Source: Opitutales bacterium (GTDB lineage Bacteria > Verrucomicrobiota > Verrucomicrobiia > Opitutales > PNEW01). From it: 32,000 nucleotides of DNA. Within the stretch, counting starts at the first letter, position 1; every line of letters begins with the position of its first letter. Below the pieces are notes generated by a model. It was not told the origin of the DNA. It saw only the letters and a program-made list of their open reading frames with translations, and searched no databases. The position numbers and the translations under genes were made by a program. This document shows positions 8,731-16,148 of the stretch, piece after piece. The DNA is taken from assembly GCA_965219535.1 (NCBI GenBank), contig CBDCNV010000001.1:1-32000 (forward strand), written 5' to 3'.

Positions 8731-8850
8731 GGGGTCGGTTATGAGGAAAGCAAGCTACGGGATGAACCGTTGAATCGTGAAATCTTCTATCATCTTCGCA
8801 AAGCAAGAACCCTGATCGAACAATGGCGTCATTTTGGCAACACGGTCAGG
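8731..8850 (+). pseudogene. IS3-family transposase C-terminal scrap (third lineage, IS-C)
   Basis: The + strand frame reads GYEESKLRDEPLNREIFYHLRKARTLIEQWRHFGNTVR. This resembles the IS3-family OrfB tail pattern (NG.IES...LRDE.LN.E.F..L.EA...IE.WR..YN..RPHS). It is bounded upstream by a stop and degenerates after NTVR. Confidence 0.6.
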
Positions 8851-8915
8851 TTAACCCCTCGGCACCGAAAACCCGATTGCCCTTGCGGACGTGGTCATTG
8901 TGAACTCGTTCCTTT

Positions 8916-9233
8916 ATGCAAGTATTAACCATAAATAAGATAGGCTGCCGCAGCTGTTTCCTCTTTGCCTCCATCGCTGCCCTACTCGTTATTAGCAGCG
9001 GTGTCAGCCATGCTCGTAAAGTGGATACGGGTGAGCCGATGGTCCATTATCCGGACAGCGTGATCGAATTCTCCCGTCATTGCGCAGATGAAAACCCCTA
9101 TACTGTCCAAGCATATGCGCTGTTTAGATCGGCAGATGGACACACGCGTGCACTGGTTGCACCCTGGGCTGGATATAGGGGAATTGATGGCAAAATCTGG
9201 ATGGGGGGTACGTCTCCAATCGTTCGCACTTGA
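8916..9233 (+). CDS. hypothetical secreted protein (GC-rich module, gene 1)
   Basis: 105-aa ORF with a hydrophobic N-terminal signal-like segment (CFLFASIAALLVISSGVSHA). It lies in a segment clearly GC-richer than its flanks. Its stop TGA (9231-9233) overlaps the ATG at 9233 of the next ORF. Confidence 0.4.
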   Translation: MQVLTINKIGCRSCFLFASIAALLVISSGVSHARKVDTGEPMVHYPDSVIEFSRHCADENPYTVQAYALFRSADGHTRALVAPWAGYRGIDGKIWMGGTSPIVRT

Positions 9234-9835
9234 TGCCGGACCGCAGTGGGGTGCGGGGGGGGTATTCGTTACGGCTCGAGGCCCATGTGGAGAAGGGACA
9301 AAAGGTCACCGGGGCAGAGATCACCACCTATCACGCCAGCGAACCGGGCGGTCCACCAATACGGCAAGCCTTCGAGACGACGGCTGCTGGGCAGGCCCGG
9401 TGGCTCAGCTTCGCGGAGCCCGACGAAGCCATGCGTGAGACCGACCACGGCTACCGTTTTGCGCCCTCGCTAGAGATAAAGGTCAGTGCTCTCGATATGG
9501 ATGATCACGATGCAGCGATCCTGCTTACGGTCATCGTACGGGATCTCGAAGGCTCGGAAGAAATCCGCATGACGGGGCCTTCCTTGAGAATTCCGGACCG
9601 GGTGTGGTCCATGAAACCACCTGCCCACGGCGTGCTGAACCTGACACAGGCGCTGAATCCATTCCAGGAGGGCGGCGTATTCAAAACAATTGGCAGGGCA
9701 TGGAAATACCGAAAATGCATTGACGAGAGGAGGACGGCAAAAAAAGAGTTCAGATCGTTTTCAGTGACGACACCTCATGTACGGACCGGAGGCCAGACGG
9801 GAATGACAGGTTCTGAGGTCAGTCGGCACCATTGA
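9230..9835 (+). CDS. hypothetical protein (GC-rich module, gene 2)
   Basis: About 200-aa ORF whose likely start is the ATG at 9233, overlapping the upstream stop. No motif recognised. A G8 homopolymer at 9255-9262 lies just inside the 5' end. Confidence 0.4.
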   Translation: MMPDRSGVRGGYSLRLEAHVEKGQKVTGAEITTYHASEPGGPPIRQAFETTAAGQARWLSFAEPDEAMRETDHGYRFAPSLEIKVSALDMDDHDAAILLTVIVRDLEGSEEIRMTGPSLRIPDRVWSMKPPAHGVLNLTQALNPFQEGGVFKTIGRAWKYRKCIDERRTAKKEFRSFSVTTPHVRTGGQTGMTGSEVSRHH

Positions 9836-9923
9836 GCGTTTTACCGAGGCGACAGCGATGGTCAGTTGTTGCGTGCTCGGATGATGCCCCTGTTCTTTCA
9901 TAGTTCAGCATAACCTATACTTT

Positions 9924-10101
9924 CGACTATGAACGGGACTTAGAACTGTATCATAAGTTAATCATTAATAAATATATCCACCTAAATAGCTATTCAATAA
10001 TAATTTATATTTTCTTTGATTTCCTGACTTTTCCTAAAAATGTTTGGCAGGAATCATACTTTTATGCTGATCTTTAGTTAAGCCTTTTGTAGTGAATTGA
10101 A
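9924..10101. repeat. R1 repeat, copy 3 (more diverged)
   Basis: CGACTATGAACGGGACTTAGAAC... in the same orientation as copies 1 and 2. It carries only one GGCAGGAAT unit. Its outer flank is unrelated to IS-B, and it runs directly into R2 copy A. Confidence 0.85.
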
Positions 10102-10660
10102 CCTGCCCTTCTGTAATCCCTTATTAATTAACGCTATATACTAATATGTAGGCACTTATGAATCAATTTATCGCTTATGTCCAGAGAAACTAAATAGTAG
10201 TATATAGCGTGCAATAGCGAAAAGTGGGGAGCATTAGGGGAGCGGATGTCGCTCAATCTCAATATGTGTTATTAACTGTAACAATCGGTAACTTCTGGAT
10301 GTTAGTCCTAAATACAATGAAGATTCAATTTCAAGTTTAATTCACCGGTGCCCGAGTTCAAGAATTTGCATATATAACTCTTAGTCTGAATTCTGAAAAG
10401 ACAGCATTCTTATTTTAATTGTTTGTGACGGCTATCATCGCGGACCGCTCTGTAATCTTATGGTGCGCATCACGTTTAGCACTGACTTTGTTCACCTGCG
10501 GTGCGATCGGGGTAAGGCCAGTTTACCTGTACAACGAGTCTTGGCCGAACTGACTTCGAGACATGCTCTACGAAATTCATCACACAAGAAAAGGCAAACT
10601 AGTAAAACCCAGCTTATCGGATTCCGTTTCCTAATTGGGCTAAAATCATCAAACCTCACC
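10092..10660. repeat. R2 repeat, copy A (~566 bp, non-coding)
   Basis: Aligns end to end with 13142-13707 in direct orientation. The core 10152-10274 matches 13201-13323 at 118 of 123 positions, and all 5 differences are transitions. No ORF is conserved between the copies. Confidence 0.9.
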
Positions 10661-10807
10661 CAGAATATCTTCTCATGGGTCTCAGTTCTCGGGGCGACAA
10701 TCAAACTAATTGCTAGCTTACACTTTATACTTCCCCACAGGATAATCTGCAAGATCAAGTCGTTGCTATTTCATTTAAATTCTACGATTTGCCTCTTCTC
10801 ATAGTGG

Positions 10808-12520
10808 TTACTTCATTTGATGCTTAGCCAGCCAGGTCTCTGCCCTGTGTTCGGCTTCAGTGATTTGCTCTTCAGTCATAGCTTTTTTGAGTTTGTCTAA
10901 ATGATTTTTGTTTGTGGGGTCGCCTGTGATTGCGGCGAGGCTAATCCACGTATAAGCCCACACATAATCCTGCGATACCCCATCACCGTTGAAATACATC
11001 ACACCAAGGTTCAACTGGGCAAGCCAATCTCCCTGCTCAGCGGCTTTATGCGTCCACTCGAATGCCTTTGCGTAATCCTGCTTTACACTTTGGCTATTAT
11101 AATACATTGCACCTAGATTGACTTGAGCTTGTGTGTGTCTCTGCTCAGCTGCTTTCTCATACCATTTTTGCGCCTTTTTTATATCCTGTTTGATCACTGA
11201 GTGTTTATATCCTCTGCTTGTATTCTCTAAATTACGACTGGGGAATGGAGACACGAAGAGTTGGTTGTTTATAAACCTAATTGATTGAGGGATGCGCATA
11301 TAGTAGGAATTAATCCTCCTTCGTAGTCTGGATGTTCCTATCAAGGTAGACGGTTGTTGGCCATACGGGCGATAAGACTTTATTCCTGCGCCTCTTTCAT
11401 ATATCCTCCCAAGATCAAACTGGGCCTCAACGAATCCCTGTTCAGCTGCTTTTTTATACCAATTGAAAGCTTTTTTTACGTTTTGTCTGACTCCACGTCC
11501 ATATTCTAACATCAATCCCAGCTGGTATTGAGCATCAGCTAATCCTTGCTCGGCTTCCTTTTGAACCCATTTTAATGCGCCCGTATGACCCTGTTCGCCC
11601 GCTCTGGAATACCACTTTATTGCTTCTTCACGATCCTGCATTACACCCTGCCCGCGTTCATACATCCTCCCAAGAGCAAATTGAGCTTCCTGGTGTTCTA
11701 GCCCAGCAGCTTGGTTAATCCATTTGAATGCCACGGTGTAATCTCGCTCTACTCCACGGCCTTCAGAGTACAATGCCCCAAGGTAATATTGAGCTCCTAT
11801 GTGCCCCTGTTCAGCCGCCTTGCGATACCACTTTAATGCTTCAGAATTATTCTGTTTTACCCCCTCCCCCTTATTATACAGCATAGCAAGTCTGTATTGC
11901 GCTTTTGTGTGTTCTCGATCAGCAGCCTTACGAAACCAATCGAAAGCCTGTATAGTATCTTTTTCGGTTCCCTGCCCATTGTAATACATCAACCCAAGAT
12001 TGTATTGGGCATTGACCTCTCCTCTTCCAGCTGCTTTACGATATAAATTGAGCGTTTCGGTCTGCGCTTGTTCAGCTGCCTTGTTAACAGACTTTAATAC
12101 CCCGGTATCATGCTGCACCTCCTTTTCTCTATGATATATCGTCATACTAAGCTGACGAAGGTGGATTCTTGCTTGGCGGTGACCTTTTGAAGCTGCTCTT
12201 TGATACCACTTGCGCGCCTCAGTCACATCATGCTTAACCCCTCTACCTCTTTCATACATGACACCTATGTTGTATAGGGCTTGGGTATGTCCCTGTTCGG
12301 CTGCTTTTTGATACCACTTGCGCGCCTCGGCATAGTCCCGCACGTGACCTCCCCTTTCATAAGCCAGTCCTAGATCAAATTGCGCTTCAGCATCTCCATT
12401 TTCAGCCCGCGCTTTTAATGCTGATAGCTGGCCATCCTCTGTTCCCCATGCAAAGCTGACTAAAAATAAGAAAACGATCAACGCTCCCCATGACTTCATT
12501 CCAGAAATTAAATTAACCAT
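10808..12520 (-). CDS. Sel1-repeat (TPR-like) protein with signal peptide
   Basis: N-terminal signal sequence (WGALIVFLFLVSFAWG). Many ~36-aa Sel1 units follow (A..W..KAAEQGH..AQ..LG.MY..G.GV..D...A..WY). They are interrupted by a 62-codon non-repeat insert at nt 11192-11377. Confidence 0.85.
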   Translation of the reverse strand: MVNLISGMKSWGALIVFLFLVSFAWGTEDGQLSALKARAENGDAEAQFDLGLAYERGGHVRDYAEARKWYQKAAEQGHTQALYNIGVMYERGRGVKHDVTEARKWYQRAASKGHRQARIHLRQLSMTIYHREKEVQHDTGVLKSVNKAAEQAQTETLNLYRKAAGRGEVNAQYNLGLMYYNGQGTEKDTIQAFDWFRKAADREHTKAQYRLAMLYNKGEGVKQNNSEALKWYRKAAEQGHIGAQYYLGALYSEGRGVERDYTVAFKWINQAAGLEHQEAQFALGRMYERGQGVMQDREEAIKWYSRAGEQGHTGALKWVQKEAEQGLADAQYQLGLMLEYGRGVRQNVKKAFNWYKKAAEQGFVEAQFDLGRIYERGAGIKSYRPYGQQPSTLIGTSRLRRRINSYYMRIPQSIRFINNQLFVSPFPSRNLENTSRGYKHSVIKQDIKKAQKWYEKAAEQRHTQAQVNLGAMYYNSQSVKQDYAKAFEWTHKAAEQGDWLAQLNLGVMYFNGDGVSQDYVWAYTWISLAAITGDPTNKNHLDKLKKAMTEEQITEAEHRAETWLAKHQMK

Positions 12521-12778
12521 CTAACTAAGGCCATCGCCAGGGGAGTAATTATTAAGAGAATTATATACATAAAACAGCTAAGGATGTGCCCTGATCCCGT
12601 AAAACCGGAGTATCAGAGATTTAGTTTGGAAGGGGTGTGGGTAACCTAATAAATAATAGTCGAAAGAAAACCCCATGAACAGCAAGACATAACGATATAA
12701 TAAAGAACCCATGATTTATGCCTTAAGGCCGGTTTAAGGCGGACGAAGGATTGCCGAAGCGTGCCGGGTAAAGGCGAG

Positions 12779-13130
12779 TTTCACTATCGGTGACGTAGCA
12801 CCCCAGAAGCGCTGGTTGACACCTGCATCGGTGGGAGTAAAGTCGCTACCGCACTGGCGAAGGCCTCTGAAGGAATCGGTTTTGCCCAAAACATGACCGT
12901 AGAAAATAGCCCCAAGTTTGCCCGTAAAGTAATCGATCAATGGGCTTATGGGCAAGGTATCAAGCTGGATTTTATCCGGCCAGTCAAACCTGCAGAAAAT
13001 GGCTATATTGAGGGTTTCAATGGAAGCTTATGTGATGAATTTTCTAACACCGAGATATTTTTTGCGCTGACTGAAGTGAAAGTAAACTTGAAGTCTGGCG
13101 GCTTGATTATAATTCTCTAAGACCACACAG
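12779..13130 (+). pseudogene. IS-A copy 2: degenerate IS3-family transposase C-terminal fragment
   Basis: The + strand reads IGGSKVATALAKASEGIGFAQNMTVENSPKFARKVIDQWAYGQGIKLDFIRPVKPAENGYIEGFNGSLCDEF..., colinear with the 4537-4959 relic. The DNGPEF motif has decayed to ENSPKF. The fragment is truncated ~25 codons before the expected stop. Confidence 0.75.
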
Positions 13131-13141
13131 GCCTTCGATAA

Positions 13142-13707
13142 GGAGTTCAACCCTCCTCCTTAGTACCCCTTATTAATCAACGTTTTATATTAAATAATAA
13201 GCACTTATGAATCAGCTTATCGCTTATGTCCAGAGAAACTAAATAGTAGTATATAGCGTGCAATAGCGAAAAGTGGGGAGTATTAGGGGAGCAGATGTCG
13301 CTTAATCTCAATATGTGTTATTACTGTAACAACCGACAACTTCTAGATGTAAGTCCTGAATATAATGAAGATTCAATTACCAATTTGATTCACTGGTGCT
13401 TGAGTTCAAGAATTTGCATATGATAACTCTGAAGATGAATTCTGAGAAGACAGTATTCTCACTTATCGATTGTGATATCGATTGCGGTCCACGCCCTTTA
13501 TTCTTGTCATCGAATCACACATTGCACCGGCATTGTTCGCCTACCGTGCAATCGAGGTAAGGCCCGTTTACCTGTACAACGAGTTTTGGCCGAACGGACA
13601 TCAAGATATGGCTTGCGAAATTCATTAGACACGATAGGGCCAACTAATATAACCTAGCGTTTCGGATCCCGTTTCTCCTAATTGGGCTAAAAGAATCAAA
13701 CTCCACC
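13142..13707. repeat. R2 repeat, copy B
   Basis: See copy A (10092-10660). Here it is preceded by the truncated IS-A copy 2, and the IS-B left end follows ~135 nt downstream. Confidence 0.9.
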
Positions 13708-13841
13708 TTGATGAACTTGTCATTGGTAAGCGAGGGTAAGCGCTTCCATTGAATCCGATCTTCGCAAGTCCCTGTAGGACTATGGCGTTAATACTCTTGG
13801 CCATGCTCGGAAAGTGGGACACTAGAAAAGTTAATCTGAGC

Positions 13842-14584
13842 TGGTCGAGACTACGGAAACTGAGCCACTTGAAAAGTTAGTCTGGGTAACCTCGAAAGGA
13901 CTCAGCCAATGAAAGGCAAAAGATATACAACCGAAGAGAAGATGCGGATATTGCGGCAAGCAGACAGGGGCAAATCGATCCAGGAAGTGTGCCGGGAGAA
14001 TAACGTCAGCGAACAGACCTTCCATAGGTGGAAGCGTGAGTTGGGATGATCGATGGGAACCAAGCCAAGCGGATGAAGGAATGGGAAAAGGAAAACACAC
14101 GGTTTCACGAGGAGTGCTTAAATCGCGAGCAATTATGGACGTTGACCGGAAGCCCACGTGGTGATCGAAAATTGGCCCTGGCTTTACAATCATCTTCGAC
14201 CCCACCGAATGGAGCCCGAGCCTTAGGTATTGATGTCTTCAGCGAAGCGACACCTCAACGAGAGATATCGAGAATAACAAACGGTTTCATCGAGTCATTT
14301 CACAACCGCTTACGCGATGAGTGTTTGAACCGTGAAGTGTAGCTCAACGTGGCTGAAGCCCAAGGGGGAATCGAACCATGGCCTCAGATCTACAACCATG
14401 TACATCCCCATAGTCGTTTAGGCTTTAAAAGCCCACAAGAGTTTGTCAGATTCCTTTCAGATCCTGGCCGCGTTCGGGCTACGCCCTCACTTCCCCAGAA
14501 TCTCTCCAATACATCTATCCTAAAACCATTAACATCCCGAAACTCTCTCACTTTAAAATTGGTACGAATAACGGGGACCGATCA
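13842..14584 (+). mobile_element. IS-B: 743-bp scrambled, non-autonomous IS3-family derivative retaining both termini
   Basis: The left tip is TGGTCGAGACTACGGAAACTGAGCCAC and the right tip is ...GGTACGAATAACGGGGACCGATCA, giving a TG..CA imperfect inverted repeat. Inside are an orfA start, then two consecutive transposase C-terminal blocks in different frames (ECLNRE..EAHVVIENWPWLYNHLRPH and NGFIESFHNRLRDECLNREV*..HPHSRLGFKSPQEF). The catalytic core is absent. Confidence 0.8.
13909..14049 (+). pseudogene. IS3-family OrfA (HTH) N-terminal remnant
   Basis: MKGKRYTTEEKMRILRQADRGKSIQEVCRENNVSEQTFHRWKRELG* is the classic IS3/IS911-type OrfA helix-turn-helix. The expected continuation (QAKRMKEWEKENTR) is in another frame. 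Confidence 0.8.
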
Positions 14585-14764
14585 CTGGCAAATCTCCAAA
14601 CTTTATTATCATCTTGTCTAATATATTTCTTATTTCACAGGCTTTGCTACTGACTTCAATATTATCATAAACATGGGTCATATTTCCCTTTTTTATTATT
14701 GTTTTACTCAGATAATTTATTTTCGGAAGCTTACGAGCTGTTCAGTCAATAACAAGCAAGACGG

Positions 14765-14998
14765 TCAGTCTAAAGGCCACTTGAGCTGCTGTTCCCAATT
14801 TTTGATATCATTCATTCCAGCTGGCCACTCATCACAGTCGCCCCAAGGAGGATAGTCTGTCTGTTTATCCCCAGCATCTTTAGCCGCCTCACTAATCTGA
14901 CGATACTGTCCTATCAATTTAAAGCTATCGTGTGTCTCATAAAAATACAGCCCCCCACCTAGGGTCGTGGCTGGAGCACCGCCGAATGAAAAAATCAC
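14765..14998 (-). CDS. hypothetical small protein, possibly the 3' part of a frameshifted gene starting at 15052
   Basis: GTG-initiated 77-aa ORF. An ATG at 15050-15052 overlaps the upstream stop (ATGA) and opens MKNEGKVTLLKSGFHYQTKLGDFF. That frame merges with this ORF by a 1-nt shift in the T6 run (A6 on + at 14989-14994). Confidence 0.3.
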   Translation of the reverse strand: MIFSFGGAPATTLGGGLYFYETHDSFKLIGQYRQISEAAKDAGDKQTDYPPWGDCDEWPAGMNDIKNWEQQLKWPLD

Positions 14999-15055
14999 CG
15001 AGCTTAGTCTGGTAGTGAAACCCAGATTTTAATAAAGTAACTTTGCCTTCGTTCT

Positions 15056-15268
15056 TCATTTTTGTCTCCTATTTGAATCTCTAATCGCCTGCAGAAGCGC
15101 AGCCTCATCAACCTTCCAGACCCCCATCCCCTTTTCTTCATCCCATACATAGTCTGTGTAGGGGTTGTGGTCCAGAAAGGCATCACGCACTGTCTGTCGC
15201 TCAAGTGTCGTACAACCACCAGCGCAGATAACTAGAACAACACAAGCAGCTATACACACATTTGACAC
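15056..15268 (-). CDS. small putative lipoprotein
   Basis: 70-aa ORF. Hydrophobic N-terminus ending in a lipobox-like VICAGGC, followed by a polar domain. Confidence 0.45.
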   Translation of the reverse strand: MSNVCIAACVVLVICAGGCTTLERQTVRDAFLDHNPYTDYVWDEEKGMGVWKVDEAALLQAIRDSNRRQK

Positions 15269-15352
15269 TTTTTCATGGTTTAGTTATTGTTTATATAATA
15301 GTCAATTTATTATGGTGAGGCTAGTGGGCACCTCATTATGTTTATGGAATAA

Positions 15353-15736
15353 TTACCAATATTTCAATTTTTCCTGAGTGGTTGTCGGGGAAGAAGATCC
15401 TGTCCAGAGTATTCGCCCATTTTGAAGAACAAAATGACTCTGGCACCCGTTCTTGCACCAGATGGATGGATAAAGAGAAGGGATTTGTCTAGATGAGACA
15501 TTCACATTTTAGTGTGGTTTTTCGTTTTGAAGTAAGCTAATCTGGATTAGTTCGCTGCATCCACAAGGACAGATCAAGGCTGCAAACCAGTGCTCTCCGT
15601 CTTCACCTATTAGGTAGAGATGACCTTTCTCAACGTTGACCGGCAAATCGCTAACTGAGACGGCGTGATAGTGCTTAATAAAAAGCGCTGTGCAAACCGT
15701 CTTTACCCAGGCGACAAGTCGTTTAAACAATCTCAT
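15353..15736 (-). pseudogene. DUF6527-like small Cys-rich protein, interrupted by one in-frame TAA
   Basis: The upstream ORF (…HWFAALICPCGCSELIQISLLQNEKPH*) continues in the same frame after the TAA at 15509-15511 as NVNVSSRQIPSLYPSIWCKNGCQSHFVLQNGRILWT... This restores the CPCGC ... PSIW..GC.SHF pattern I recall for DUF6527. Assignment is from memory of the family consensus. Confidence 0.5.
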
Positions 15737-15993
15737 GTTACGTTTAAATGGTTACTGTTGATTGCTGGTATATTTAAGAGAGGATTCATAACGCCTCTGC
15801 CTGTCAGGGAACTGAATAACGTACAAGGAGGACCATCGGGCTCTGTATAAAACTCAACCTGCATGAAGCTATAGCCGATCTCAGCAAACTCCGAATTTCC
15901 GTCTAAGCGATAAGGATGTATGCGAGCCAACATTTCGTTCACGGACATTGCAGCGATTTGCGTGTTGACGCTGACAACTGAGGGACTGTCTAC
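15733..15993 (-). pseudogene. C-terminal ~87 codons of a ThiF/E1-like adenylyltransferase (5'-truncated remnant)
   Basis: The open frame reads VDSPSVVSVNTQIAAMSVNEMLARIHPYRLDGN... This resembles the C-terminal helix (..LARLHPYR..) of ThiF-family E1-like proteins that neighbour DUF6527 genes. Its stop overlaps the DUF6527 start (ATGA at 15733-15736). The expected ~300 N-terminal codons are absent. Memory-based, low certainty. Confidence 0.4.
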
Positions 15994-16070
15994 TCAAGAT
16001 TCACAATGTATTTAGCTTTCCTTTCCAGTTTGTATGATTTGGGGTCAGTACGGCGAAGCGCTTCTGATCG

Positions 16071-16120
16071 TGGTCCAGACCACGTAAACTGAGCCACTTG
16101 AAAAGTTAGTTTGCGTACCC
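16071..16120 (+). mobile_element. solo IS-B left terminus (50 nt)
   Basis: TGGTCCAGACCACGTAAACTGAGCCACTTGAAAAGTTAGTTTGCGTACCC matches 13842-13891 at 44 of 50 positions. Similarity stops 29 nt before the ATG at 16149. Confidence 0.75.
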
Positions 16121-16148
16121 CGACCAGGGGGAGTAACAGGGGATAGAT

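Noticed and set aside
9088-9473. Alternative-frame ORFs (9088-9438, 9246-9473, 9124-9327) in the GC-rich block as extra genes.
   Set aside because: High GC inflates ORF length in all frames. These are Arg/Gly/Pro-rich and overlap the two better-supported coupled ORFs.
10092-10660. R2 as a group II intron, retron msr/msd or IS110/IS605-type guide RNA locus.
   Set aside because: The window contains no reverse transcriptase, TnpB/IscB or DEDD recombinase ORF. I found no domain-V-like hairpin with an AGC triad, and the GTGCG in copy A is not conserved in copy B. The idea is kept only as a generic structured-RNA possibility in the findings.
10460-10804. ORFs 10460-10804 (+) and 10492-10758 (-) in R2 copy A, and 13472-13657 / 13625-13822 in copy B, as genes.
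   Set aside because: The reading frames are not preserved between the two R2 copies. The sequences are low-complexity and there are no ribosome-binding sites.
11267-11284. An 18-mer in the Sel1 insert (GTTTATAAACCTAATTGA) matching 26367-26384 at 17 of 18 positions, suggesting a shared small mobile element.
   Set aside because: The flanks do not align beyond ~25 nt. A back-of-envelope estimate gives about one such near-match by chance in an AT-biased 32-kb window counted on both strands.
12556-12568. AATTATTAAGAGA shared with the IS-B subterminal region, as a further IS-B relic upstream of the Sel1 gene.
   Set aside because: Only 13 AT-rich nucleotides match, and the adjacent terminal sequence (TGATCGG...) is absent. 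This is indistinguishable from chance.
4203-13707. R1 and R2 repeats as a CRISPR array or other short-period repeat locus.
   Set aside because: The units are 200 and 566 bp long, irregularly spaced by kilobases, diverged, and interleaved with genes. No 25-40 nt repeat-spacer periodicity occurs anywhere in the window.
4762-15511. In-frame TGA (4762-4764) and TAA (15509-15511) at positions where Trp is expected, hinting at stop-codon reassignment.
   Set aside because: Well-supported genes in the window terminate with TGA (for example 1463, 3762, 7115, 7955) and with TAA or TAG at sensible lengths. The second IS-A copy has TGG at the homologous position. Both affected genes sit in obviously decayed contexts, so ordinary nonsense mutations explain them.
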